The position numbers and the translations under genes were made by a program. Positions 1 to 8,883 of a stretch of DNA of 64,000 nucleotides are shown here, in pieces. Position 1 is the stretch's first letter. The number at the start of each line of letters is the position of its first letter. Below the pieces are notes generated by a model. It did not search any database and was not told the DNA's origin. It was given only the letters and a program-made list of their open reading frames with translations. The DNA comes from Flavobacteriales bacterium (GTDB lineage: Bacteria > Bacteroidota > Bacteroidia > Flavobacteriales_F > PHOS-HE28), in NCBI GenBank assembly GCA_016717305.1, contig JADKFY010000002.1, positions 189,812-253,811 on the forward strand. The letters are read 5' to 3'.

Positions 1-458
1 CCGACGTGCGCGAACGCGATCTGGAACAGGCGCTCGTGGAACAGATCCAGAAAGTATTGCTGGAGTTGGGTGCCGGCTTCGCCTTCGTGGGGCGCCAAGT
101 GCCGCTGAAGGTCGGCCGCAAGGATTACTTCTTGGACCTATTGTTCTATCACCTGAAGCTGCGCTGTTATGTTGTGGGGGAGTTGAATATGGAAGCCTTC
201 GAGCCGGAGCACGCGGGCAAGATGAACTTCTACCTCACCGCCGTGGATGAGAAGCTCCGACACCCGGACGATAAGCCGTCCATTGGCTTGCTCCTGTGCA
301 AGGACAACGACAAACTCGTGGTGGAATACGCCCTGCGCGATGTGGCCAAGCCGATCGGTGTGGCCGAGTGGCGCACGCGGCTGGTAGCTACCTTGCCCAA
401 GAAGCTCAGGGGCGCATTGCCCAGTGTGGCGGAGATCGAGAAAGAATTGGGTGAATGA
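1..458 (+). CDS. PD-(D/E)xK nuclease, YhcG/DUF1016 family, C-terminal part (5' end outside window)
   Basis: Frame is open to the window edge (track ORF 6..458). DYFLDLLFYHLKLRCYVVGELN...AGKMNFYL...PSIGLLLC...VVEYAL matches the conserved YhcG-type nuclease core as I remember it. No search run. Confidence 0.7.
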   Translation, partial: DVRERDLEQALVEQIQKVLLELGAGFAFVGRQVPLKVGRKDYFLDLLFYHLKLRCYVVGELNMEAFEPEHAGKMNFYLTAVDEKLRHPDDKPSIGLLLCKDNDKLVVEYALRDVAKPIGVAEWRTRLVATLPKKLRGALPSVAEIEKELGE

Positions 459-743
459 AAAGGAACAGCATGCCCAACGAGGAAGAGAGCCTCGGGCCAG
501 AGATGAAGAGCACCGGCGATGGGATCTACTTCATCAAGGACTTGAAGGATCCTTTCCGGTATTTCGAGGCGCGGCTTTGCAGGGCGCGGCAGAGGCAGGT
601 TTATGGGGAAAGGAGTATGTACTTGAGTCGATGATGATTTTGGGCGTGCCCTTCGCAAAAGCCACGCGTTCGGGTCAAACGCTTCACGCCCTCGCTCGTT
701 CCTCGTTGGGGCTTTCCGCTCATTACCCTAATGCGAAATGAAC

Positions 744-1388
744 TCACACTGTGGAACTATCAGGATCGACGAACAGGGGTGAAATATTGTACTCGCTGCG
801 ATACAGATTTTCCAACGCGATTATTCTTGGTCGCAACATCGCAACTGCAGCATAGTGAAGGGCAAGAGCATTCTGATTGCTGCTACGAGCGAATCGAACT
901 AGGTGCTCAAACTCTTCGATCATTTCATTCGTCTCCTCAACGAACTCAGGTGAGAAAGAGCTGAGGAATGGTGCCATGTTCTCTCGATGCGTGCGCAATT
1001 GGGAACCGAGGTCATGGATGATCCCCATCATTGCCGTTTGCCAGTCATTCATCCCCCAAGTGTTTTCCTCCGCCGCCCTCGCCTTGATCCAGCCATCAAG
1101 ACGATTGATGATAACAGCATCATTCGTGTTCTGCACATGATCCGGATACTCCTCATTCAATCTGACCCCTTCGCGGGTGAATGACTCGACCAAGCCATCG
1201 AATACTCGGCGCACGTTTCGGAGGAAGCGCTCTTGAATCACGCGAGCCTCACGTATCTTCCTTATGGAGGAAAACACCTCGGTTGCGAGGTAGAATGGAT
1301 AAGCTGTGATGAACGCAAGTGTTGCGTCGGCGAGAAATTCCCAGAGCCAATCATCCCCCCTTGTAGCATGGGGTGCAAGTTTGCTCAA
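744..1388 (-). CDS. hypothetical protein (214 aa as drawn, TTG start, no family recognised)
   Basis: Longest ORF in the region. There is no ATG before about residue 111, so the start is uncertain. A hydrophobic helix (NLTWLILLLVEGTAFYLYYQ) is encoded just upstream in another frame. Confidence 0.45.
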   Translation of the reverse strand: MSKLAPHATRGDDWLWEFLADATLAFITAYPFYLATEVFSSIRKIREARVIQERFLRNVRRVFDGLVESFTREGVRLNEEYPDHVQNTNDAVIINRLDGWIKARAAEENTWGMNDWQTAMMGIIHDLGSQLRTHRENMAPFLSSFSPEFVEETNEMIEEFEHLVRFARSSNQNALALHYAAVAMLRPRIIALENLYRSEYNISPLFVDPDSSTV

Positions 1389-1668
1389 GTTGAACTGATC
1401 TGGTAGTACAGGTAGAATGCGGTACCTTCAACAAGTAGAAGGATGAGCCAAGTCAGGTTCTTCTCATATGGTCCAAAGTACGACTGATCTCGAGTGCTTG
1501 GCGTTGGGTTCCGCCCAAGCACCCGCCAAGGATATCCATGTTCTTTACGCTAGTACCTTTCTTCTGAAGGCAAGACACCGACACGTGTGGTCGTTCTCAA
1601 ACTCTTCACTGACTAGGCAACCTAGGCTGATTTCTGCTAAGCTCACAGAGCACTGGCGAACCAGCCCA

Positions 1669-2361
1669 TCAATTCTTGACGCAACGGCAAGAGTAACCAC
1701 GGACCGTTGTGCCATATTCAGACCTGCCTAAGCCATTGGATATCTCATTGACGTAACGAATGACCCATTTCGAGTTTTCGCTTAGTGTTGATGTTGCGAA
1801 GTATGCGGCAACACCTTGGCCATGAAACTCTCCCTTTTCGTTCAGATATCCGCCGGGTATTGCCGTGAAGCCGCTACCATTTGTCGCACCGACGTTTCCA
1901 GCAGCCCAGTGTGTCTTCGCCTTTACTTGCCCACCAACGTTAGTGGTGGTTCCTCGGTCATATGCAAATCGATCCAAATCCTGACCGCTCATGCCCAAAG
2001 TGAGTTCAAGAAACTTCCAATCTTGATCGGTCGGAACGTGCCATCCCTTCGGGCAGAGACCACGTTGGTCCGCTATTGCGTTCCAGTTGTAGAGCAGCCC
2101 ATAGGCACGCCAGTTATCAAGACTCATCTCGTAGGAGACTTGTGCACCTCTTTCGATTCGAAGCCACTCCGAAGTTGAACCTACCGTAAGAATTGGATCA
2201 CCGTTGGAGTACTTCGTCGTCCTTAGGTTCTCTGCCATCCAAGTTTGCCCACCGATTGCGACCACTTTGTAGGTGTTACCGTCTGCGTCAATGCAATCCG
2301 ATGGACCTATGGCAGTTGTTCCGATTATAATGATGCCAATTGCAAAGTAGAAGTCGTGCAT
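1669..2361 (-). CDS. FISUMP-domain protein (Fibrobacter succinogenes major paralogous domain, TIGR02145-like)
   Basis: DGNTYKVVAIGGQTWMAENL, YGLLYNWNA, LCPKGWHVPTDQDW and GATNGSGFTAIPGGY motifs are typical of this family. Confidence 0.8.
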   Translation of the reverse strand: MHDFYFAIGIIIIGTTAIGPSDCIDADGNTYKVVAIGGQTWMAENLRTTKYSNGDPILTVGSTSEWLRIERGAQVSYEMSLDNWRAYGLLYNWNAIADQRGLCPKGWHVPTDQDWKFLELTLGMSGQDLDRFAYDRGTTTNVGGQVKAKTHWAAGNVGATNGSGFTAIPGGYLNEKGEFHGQGVAAYFATSTLSENSKWVIRYVNEISNGLGRSEYGTTVRGYSCRCVKN

Positions 2362-2539
2362 GGTTTTACTCTTTGAGTTCGTTGGGCGAAGTTATTTAAC
2401 CAAAGACTTCGACCATGGCAGAGAGTGTCCTCCCAAACCTCTACAGCGGTCTGCTGTTTCTGCGACCCTACGGCTCGGAGCCGTGTCCACAACGTCATCT
2501 ATTCTGGATCCTGCGTCGAATCGAGACAAGTTCCAACTG

Positions 2540-3037
2540 TTACTGATTTCTTAATCTGAAACTATATGTGGTCGACCATGGTCCACAATTGCTTTGGGAG
2601 AGACAGGCTCGTACGTGCCAGTAGATGGTTTTTCCGGACCAGCTATTCGAAGTACTCCACGTACCTAAATTGGAACTGCCCGTGTAAGTGGTTGTTGAGT
2701 GACAAGGAATGGACAGGAGGCCGAAAGTCGATTGGGTGCCACTATTGGAATAGTACCAAGCCCTTGCCTCGTAGCAAACGGCATTTGGAACTGGGTTCCA
2801 AGAGAAATTAATTGGTGACCAAATCTGTTGAACATTGTTGGGAGGAGCTACTAAATTGGGTGCTATAAGTTCACTTGCATTTATTGTCGGACTAGGCGCA
2901 GGTGTCACGCTTCCAGCAGATGAATCCTTTTCCTTTGAGCATCCTAGAATTCCTAGGCTCAGAATAACAAGCAATGTGGTGTTACGTAACGGCGAAACTG
3001 TATGCATTGAATATTGGAGTTTGGCAGGATTGTCCAA
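2540..3037 (-). CDS. secreted lipoprotein with FN3-like module, hypothetical
   Basis: Signal plus lipobox LVILSLGILGC (the start may be the second Met, at 3007). The FSWNPVPNAVCYEARAW pattern resembles FN3-type modules. Confidence 0.55.
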   Translation of the reverse strand: MDNPAKLQYSMHTVSPLRNTTLLVILSLGILGCSKEKDSSAGSVTPAPSPTINASELIAPNLVAPPNNVQQIWSPINFSWNPVPNAVCYEARAWYYSNSGTQSTFGLLSIPCHSTTTYTGSSNLGTWSTSNSWSGKTIYWHVRACLSQSNCGPWSTTYSFRLRNQ

Positions 3038-3323
3038 ATGTAATCTCGGCTTCTAGACCACCACATGGTGTCCTCTCAAACCACCGCTAGGTCCGTTGAC
3101 CGTACTTTATGTAACTGAAATACCGCAAGTCTTGAGTGTGTGTTGTCTAAATTATTGATAATCAGTTAGATAGCTATGTAACTGGAAACCCGCCTAGGGC
3201 TTGGTGGTCGTTGGCGGATCGTTTATAACTGACGGGCCAATGGAGTAGTCAAACCTCCGCAACGGTCTGCCGCTTCAGCAATCCTACGTGATATAAGGTA
3301 TCCTTGTCACGACATCCAAACCA

Positions 3324-3662
3324 ATGCCCAACTACAATAACCGCCATTTCCGTCCTGTACAGAACACCGCCAACGGCGAAACCTCCGAAGAGACGGTCTT
3401 TCATTACATGCAAGAAGGCAACGTGCTCACCTCCACCTATTCTGGTGGGCGCATCCAACACGGCCATTTGCTCGGCTTGGTGGATGCGGACGGGTGCATC
3501 GACATGCGCTATCACCAAGTGAACGACCGTGGAGTGTTGATGACGGGAACCTGCCGTTCCGTTCCGGAAGTGATGCCGAACGGGAAGATCCGGTTTCACG
3601 AGACTTGGCAATGGACCAGTGGGGATGGCACCGCGGGTAGTTCGGTGTTGGAGGAGGTGTAA
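3324..3662 (+). CDS. conserved small protein, copy 1 of a paralogous pair (family often auto-annotated as N-acetylglutamate synthase-like)
   Basis: 112-aa ORF, about 75 percent identical at protein level to the ORF at 13071..13421 (NRHFRPVQNTANGETS..., GCIDMRYHQVNDRG, TGTCRSVPE, WQWTSGD). Confidence 0.8.
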   Translation: MPNYNNRHFRPVQNTANGETSEETVFHYMQEGNVLTSTYSGGRIQHGHLLGLVDADGCIDMRYHQVNDRGVLMTGTCRSVPEVMPNGKIRFHETWQWTSGDGTAGSSVLEEV

Positions 3663-3789
3663 GCACTGGATCATCGCAAGGTCCTCGAAGACGAGAGACC
3701 ATGCAGAGTGCAGAATGCAGCTCACAGGGTCGTGCGACAGTTGGTCGATTGACGCCTGTTCATACATTTGACTTCCAACACGAAACCCC

Positions 3790-4356
3790 ATGAAGAAGTC
3801 ACTACTGTTCACGCTGCCCCTCGTAGCGCTGATGTGCTCCTGCGGAGGATCCAACCCCGAGCACGATACGATGATGGCGGAGCATAAGGCCCAGATGACG
3901 GCCGACATTGCGGAGCATGCGGAAATGGAGCAGATGAAGCAGACCGCCCAGCGCTTCCTCGACCTGTGGTTCACGGGCAAGACGGACGCCATCGAGGAGA
4001 TCGTGGCGGAGAGTTTCGTGTCGCACATGTCCATGCCGGGTGTCAGCTCCACAGGCATCCAGCAGCTGAAGGACATGGTCGCCATATCATCAGTGGCCTT
4101 CACGGACAACAAGACGGAGGACATGCACCTGATCGCAGAAGGCGACCGCGTGGTGGTGCATTACCGCTGGAAGGGTGTGAACACCGGTCCCATGGACGAA
4201 GGCATTCCCGCAACCAACAAGCCTATAGATGTCGAAACGGTGGATGTGCTGCGCTTCGAGAACGGGAAAGTGGTGGAGCACTGGGGTTATATCGAAGAAA
4301 TGAAGATGATGGAGCAGCTGGGCATGATGGGGGGTGAGGAAGCGGGAGGGAAGTAG
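3790..4356 (+). CDS. SnoaL-like / predicted ester cyclase lipoprotein (NTF2 fold)
   Basis: Lipoprotein signal LVALMCSCG. AFTD...IAEGDRVVVHYRWKGVNTGPM...VDVLRFENGKVVEHWGY...QLG fits the ester-cyclase/SnoaL pattern. Confidence 0.7.
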   Translation: MKKSLLFTLPLVALMCSCGGSNPEHDTMMAEHKAQMTADIAEHAEMEQMKQTAQRFLDLWFTGKTDAIEEIVAESFVSHMSMPGVSSTGIQQLKDMVAISSVAFTDNKTEDMHLIAEGDRVVVHYRWKGVNTGPMDEGIPATNKPIDVETVDVLRFENGKVVEHWGYIEEMKMMEQLGMMGGEEAGGK

Positions 4357-4512
4357 CTGGTCGAACAGCGCAAGAGTCCACCCCAGCCACTGTGGGGGTC
4401 TGTCTCGCATTCGCCGACGACCCTGCGGCTCGAAGTCGTGAACGTTATGCCCTCGTATTCAGCTCGCACTTAGCATCAGAACCGCTCGACTGAGGAAACC
4501 AAATGGTTCTTT

Positions 4513-4790
4513 CTACCGCTGCCGTTTGAACTTCTTTTTCGGCTCTTGGCTGGTGTGGAACACGCGAAGAACGGCGATGTGGTCTTTATAGTCCGGTACA
4601 AGATCACGAAAGGAAAGCGGGACAACCGCAATTAGTGCACAAGCCGCGCACCCTCAACACGATTTGGGAATCCTTCGATCCGCGTTCTGAGGTGCACATC
4701 AAGTTTTGAAAACTGGTATTTCTACTAGTTCCAATGCCATTGGCCGGGTGAACTTTGCTCCTCGGTAGCGGACTTCACCGTTACACCCAA
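4513..4790 (-). pseudogene. decayed ParE/RelE-family toxin relic
   Basis: The minus strand reads ...IEGFPNRVEGARLVH-stop(TAA 4632-4634)-LRLSRFPFVILYRTIK. After a 1-nt slip at the TTT run 4585-4587 it reads DHIAVLRVFHTSQEPKKKFKRQR-stop(4513-4515). The FPF.ILYR...I.VLRVFH tail is ParE/RelE-like. No intact start and no antitoxin partner seen. Confidence 0.35.
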
Positions 4791-4807
4791 AACCCCACCA
4801 AATTACC

Positions 4808-5266
4808 ATGAAACAGTTGCGTTCACTATCCACTCTACTGGTGCTAAGCACCATTGGCTTTTCCTCGTTCGCCCAAGACGGATCCCCGTTCAAGGACGGG
4901 TCGGTCTACCGGGTGACCATGGTGCGCACGGAGGCTAATTCCCAAGATGACTACTTCAAGCAATTGGACCAGATCTACTATCCCACTATGATGCAAGCGA
5001 AGGAGCAAGGCTTGATCAAGTCGTTCAAATTGTTGGCGGGCGATGCGGCCACGAAGGAGGATTTTGACGTGATGATGCTGGTTGAGATAGAGAACATGGC
5101 GGCGTTGGATGAAACACCGGAACGGGAAGCCAAGTGGACGGCCATTCGTGAGGCGATGAAGTCGAAGGTGGGCGGCCAAGAGAAGGTGGATGGCCTGCGG
5201 GCGGCTATTAGCGGCAAGCGCGATTTTCTTGGCACCAAGTTGATGCGTGAGCAACTGCACCGGTAA
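4808..5266 (+). CDS. secreted hypothetical protein (152 aa)
   Basis: Signal peptide LLVLSTIGFSSFAQ. Followed by a strong hairpin terminator. No family recognised. Confidence 0.6.
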   Translation: MKQLRSLSTLLVLSTIGFSSFAQDGSPFKDGSVYRVTMVRTEANSQDDYFKQLDQIYYPTMMQAKEQGLIKSFKLLAGDAATKEDFDVMMLVEIENMAALDETPEREAKWTAIREAMKSKVGGQEKVDGLRAAISGKRDFLGTKLMREQLHR

Positions 5267-5293
5267 GCGCACCTGAAAGGATCCAATGCTGAA

Positions 5294-5325
5294 GGGCCGT
5301 TCCGTTCTGGAACGGCCCCTTTTGT
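5294..5325 (+). terminator. Rho-independent terminator
   Basis: Perfect 10-bp stem gggccgttcc (5294-5303) / ggaacggccc (5309-5318), 5-nt loop, then c-tttt-g. Lies 28 nt after the stop at 5266. Confidence 0.65.
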
Positions 5326-5597
5326 TCTCTATTGGGTTTACACCACCACATGGCGTCCTGAGCATAGTCCGCTGCAACGCCCCTGGGATCTGCAGCGGGT
5401 CTTACTACAACACGGCAGTCCATAGGTTCGCGCCCAATTGTCAAGCAGTTGCTGGACAATTGCTGATGCGATGGTCGTTCAAATTGTGCGACACGCATGC
5501 TGCCCCAGCGATCTTCTGCCGTAGTGGATATTCAACTGCATTTTCCTCCTTCAACATACAGTCGCGAACGCCTTCCATTCCGAACTTAGCGCGCTCG

Positions 5598-6056
5598 ATG
5601 TCCGCATCAACCGAACTACGCAAGTCCGCCTTCTGGTCCACCGTTGTGCCATACGGCCTTGCGATGGCGGTCCTCGTATTCATGCTGAAGTATGTGGAGT
5701 ACCGCTACTGGATCCGCGACTTGAGGATGGAACTATATGTCGGGGTTGTAGCGGTGCTTTTCACAGCGCTGGGCGTTTGGGTGGGGTCGAAGCTGCTGAA
5801 AGGGAAACAGGTTGCGGTGATCGAGAGACCCCACGAGGTCGACGAGGAAGCAATGCGCAGGATCGGTATCAGCGGTCGGGAGCTTGAGGTACTTGGTCTG
5901 ATGGCCACGGGCAGTTCCAATCAGCAGATCGCGGACAAGCTGTTCATCTCCTTGCCTACGGTGAAGTCCCACGCTTCGAGTTTGTTCGGGAAGCTTGAGG
6001 TGAAACGGCGCACGGAAGCGGTCCACAAGGCCAAATCGTTGGGCATCATCGGGTAA
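5598..6056 (+). CDS. membrane-anchored LuxR-family HTH transcriptional regulator
   Basis: Start taken at ATG 5598. Two predicted TM helices (VVPYGLAMAVLVFML, LYVGVVAVLFTALGVWVG), then the LuxR HTH: ISGRELEVLGLMATGSSNQQIADKLFISLPTVKSHASSLFGKLEV. Confidence 0.8.
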   Translation: MSASTELRKSAFWSTVVPYGLAMAVLVFMLKYVEYRYWIRDLRMELYVGVVAVLFTALGVWVGSKLLKGKQVAVIERPHEVDEEAMRRIGISGRELEVLGLMATGSSNQQIADKLFISLPTVKSHASSLFGKLEVKRRTEAVHKAKSLGIIG

Positions 6057-6189
6057 AGCGGGTCATACTTTGGTGTGGATCTTCGCTTCAGGGTGATCGA
6101 ACCCTACCAAAGGATGATGGTCAAAGGACGAGGGGGTCGTTGATTTGTGCCTGCCTCCCACAGGAAGGTCCTTCACCAAACCAACAACT

Positions 6190-6714
6190 ATGAAAAAGAC
6201 AGTTCTCACGTACGGCATCATTGGCGGCATCATTGTATCCGCACTGATGTGGCTGACCTTGGGCAGCGGGAAGCACGACTTCGACAATGGGATGTGGATC
6301 GGCTATACGACCATGATCATTGGGCTTTCTACCATATTCTTCGCGATCAAGACCTACCGCGATAATTACTTGGGCGGTGTGATCAACTTCGGCAAGGCCT
6401 TCCTGCTGGGGCTGTACATCACCTTGATCGCCTCTACGATGTACGCGGCATCGTGGATGGTGCTCAGCGCTACTTCGGACCAGGACATAATGGAGCAGTA
6501 CTACGTGCACGAGAAGCAAAAGCTCGAAAGCAGCGAGCTCCCTGCGGCTGAGGTGGAAGCCAAACTGGAGGAGATGCGGGAATTCCAAGAACTCTACAAG
6601 AACCCCGTCGTAAAGCTCGGTTTCACGTACATGGAGATCCTGCCTGTCGGTTTGTTGATCAGCTTGATCTGCGCGGGATTGTTGAAGCGGAGTGCTCCGG
6701 AAACGACCACATAG
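6190..6714 (+). CDS. DUF4199-like membrane protein
   Basis: Start at ATG 6190 (MKKTVLTYGIIGG). Four hydrophobic segments with a charged helical insert, the layout typical of DUF4199 genes next to LuxR-type regulators in Bacteroidota. Confidence 0.7.
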   Translation: MKKTVLTYGIIGGIIVSALMWLTLGSGKHDFDNGMWIGYTTMIIGLSTIFFAIKTYRDNYLGGVINFGKAFLLGLYITLIASTMYAASWMVLSATSDQDIMEQYYVHEKQKLESSELPAAEVEAKLEEMREFQELYKNPVVKLGFTYMEILPVGLLISLICAGLLKRSAPETTT

Positions 6715-6833
6715 GCCATGCGAACCAATTAACTTCTCCTCCTTCAGGGCCAATTGATCGGTCAGGGAAGGGGGAATGCAGAGATCGAACGCTACGGCTA
6801 ACTGTTCCTATCGCCATCTGCTCTTGGTCCGTG

Positions 6834-7829
6834 CTAGAGCGAACGACCGGTTGATCGATCCAGTCCGGCATACGTGAGCAGCGGGATCACATCCACGGTG
6901 ATGTCGCTCTTGCAGTTGGTGCTTGCTTCCACATCTTCGGCGATGGTCTGTGCCAAGGTGTTCGGTACCTCACCGCCGAAATGACGGCGCACGATCACAT
7001 TGATCAGTGCCTCGTTCTTGCTCAACAAAGTCACGTCGATGGTACTTCCTTCGTCGATGAATCCGGGTACGCGTTCGATCGTCGCCGCCGTGGTGCTTCG
7101 GATGGCCTTTTCCTGATCAAGGATGTTCCGTCGAATTCCACGAATGAATAGGATAAGGCCGCTTCCGAGGATGTTCAACCCGACAACGTTCAGCAGCATC
7201 AGCAACAACGCGCGCGTTGCGATCTCCGTATCTCCGAATGCCAGACCGATACCAACCACAGCTGCCGGTGGCAATAGGGAAACGGCGATCTCCACACCGA
7301 TCACAGCATCCAACACTTGACCCCATGGTTGTTCCGCGCGGTGCGGTTCGGTGGTGATCGCAAGCGCGGCCGCAGCGCCTGCCGAGATCGCAATGATGAG
7401 GTTGAGTGCGAAGTCTTGCGAGGTGGGGATCGCACGCAAAGCGATCTCCGCCGTAATGGTGTATCTGCCAAGGAAATGCTGCAGAGCGGTGGTCAGCAAA
7501 TAGGCGATCACACTTCCGATCAGCAGCAAACCGCCGATCTGTTTGATCAAACCACGGAACACAACACCGGGTTCCCGATAAATGGTGCCGATGCACACTG
7601 CACGCGACGGGGCCATGAACGGTGCAACGCACATGGATCCGATGATCGCAGCCGGACTGTTGAGCAAGAGCCCGGCAGTGGCCAACCCGGCCGCAGCGAT
7701 GGTCATGGCGATGTAACCCGGGGAAATGACAGCACCGACAATGGCGGGTTCTTCCAACGTGGTGTAGTAGTTCCGGATGCCCCAGATCCCGGGGCGCAGG
7801 TCCCAGGCATTGTAACTGCGATGTGCCAT
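6834..7829 (-). CDS. DUF389 / TIGR00341-family membrane protein
   Basis: 331 aa and polytopic. AAIIGSMCVAPFMAP and VEIAVSLLPPAAVVGIGLAFGD match the DUF389 signature as I remember it. Confidence 0.75.
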   Translation of the reverse strand: MAHRSYNAWDLRPGIWGIRNYYTTLEEPAIVGAVISPGYIAMTIAAAGLATAGLLLNSPAAIIGSMCVAPFMAPSRAVCIGTIYREPGVVFRGLIKQIGGLLLIGSVIAYLLTTALQHFLGRYTITAEIALRAIPTSQDFALNLIIAISAGAAAALAITTEPHRAEQPWGQVLDAVIGVEIAVSLLPPAAVVGIGLAFGDTEIATRALLLMLLNVVGLNILGSGLILFIRGIRRNILDQEKAIRSTTAATIERVPGFIDEGSTIDVTLLSKNEALINVIVRRHFGGEVPNTLAQTIAEDVEASTNCKSDITVDVIPLLTYAGLDRSTGRSL

Positions 7830-7986
7830 GTTCGATGTTGACCAGTGGTCAGCACTGGTGAAGGAAGCTCAAAGCCTTCAACCGGGACCTGACCGGGATC
7901 AGTTGGCGTCGTGATCTTGAGGATCTCCTACGGATGGTTCATTGCCAAGACATACATTCGTCAGGGCCCTTCAAACCTAAGTCACG

Positions 7987-8769
7987 ATGTTGGTCGTCAA
8001 CTCCGCGATGTGTTACGTGTTGGCATTCCTGCTCACCACGGTGTTGCATGAATGCGGGCATGCGATCGTAGGCTCGATCTTGGGGAGCGGACCGGTTCTG
8101 CATCACAACTATGTGGAGCACTTCGGCCGCGAAAATTTGCCAGTGGCGCATCAAGCCTGGATCGCGCTGGCAGGTCCGCTGGTGAGCTTTGCACAAGGAA
8201 TGCTGTTGGTACCCGTTGTCAAACGGAGGAAAGGTGGCGGAGCCTTTAACCTGTTCCTGCTTTGGGCCATGCTACTGGGTTTCGGCAACTTCCTCGGCTA
8301 CCTCATGACCGGCCCGATCTTCACGGCGGGGGACATCGGTAAAGTGCATGCTTTGCTGGAGGTGCCGTTGGCGCTTCGCATCATCCTTGCCGTGTTGGGC
8401 GCAGCGGGCTTGACGCTCGTGGCTTACAAAAGCACGCGACCGTTCCTTCAATTCGCGACTGATCAACTCGCATTGGACAACGCGAGATCGCGAACGGCCT
8501 TCAACTTTCAGATCATCATCCTTCCATGGCTTATCGGGGCGGTTACAATAACACTGCTCTACTTGCCAGTGGTGGCCATTGTAAGCATCATTTACCCGAT
8601 CAGCAGCGGCATGGTCTTTATCTTTCCGTGGAAGAACGCTGAACGCGTGAAGGATGCGCGTGCGCTGGGATCCGGCTTGTTGTCCACGCCACTGTGGACA
8701 TGGTACGCCGCACTATTGGGGGCAGTGCTCATCTTCCGTTTGGTACTTGCTCCAGGCATTGCACTGTGA
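7987..8769 (+). CDS. polytopic membrane protein with HExxH motif (putative zincin-like membrane peptidase, DUF3267-like)
   Basis: HECGH motif inside the first TM region (LLTTVLHECGHAIVG), followed by about six hydrophobic segments. Confidence 0.55.
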   Translation: MLVVNSAMCYVLAFLLTTVLHECGHAIVGSILGSGPVLHHNYVEHFGRENLPVAHQAWIALAGPLVSFAQGMLLVPVVKRRKGGGAFNLFLLWAMLLGFGNFLGYLMTGPIFTAGDIGKVHALLEVPLALRIILAVLGAAGLTLVAYKSTRPFLQFATDQLALDNARSRTAFNFQIIILPWLIGAVTITLLYLPVVAIVSIIYPISSGMVFIFPWKNAERVKDARALGSGLLSTPLWTWYAALLGAVLIFRLVLAPGIAL

Positions 8770-8883
8770 CCTTCGGATGATCCACGTGCTCTACCGCTCA
8801 CTTTTCGATCGTTGTTTTCATAGGTCGAAGCACCTGCATTTCTGCCATCGAACAAACATCCTTTAACAGCGTTCTATCGTAAC

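Noticed and set aside
3249-4124. Long antisense ORFs overlapping confident genes, for example 3249..4124(-), 29036..29875(-), 36670..37287(-), 15774..16442(+), 18110..18679(+) and 37851..38831(-).
   Set aside because: They lie opposite genes with clear family signatures. Their translations are low-complexity and R/G/H/P-rich with no recognisable motifs, typical of shadow ORFs in moderately GC-rich DNA.
2436-4440. Apparent dispersed intergenic repeat. aacctctacagcggtctgctgtttctgcgaccctacg (2436-2472) matches aacctccgcaacggtctgccgcttcagcaatcctacg (3252-3288) at about 28 of 37 positions. gaccctacggctcggagccgtg (2464-2485) matches gaccctgcggctcgaagtcgtg (4419-4440) at 19 of 22.
   Set aside because: The matches are short and imperfect. 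A rough estimate suggests hits of this quality can arise by chance in an all-against-all comparison of 64 kb. I could not define consistent ends or a secondary structure. A genome-wide repeat search is worthwhile, but the evidence is not strong enough to call.
5286-5597. N-terminal 104-aa extension of the LuxR-type ORF (track start 5286).
   Set aside because: The extension runs through the strong terminator hairpin at 5294-5318 and has no protein-like features. ATG 5598 directly precedes the two TM helices.
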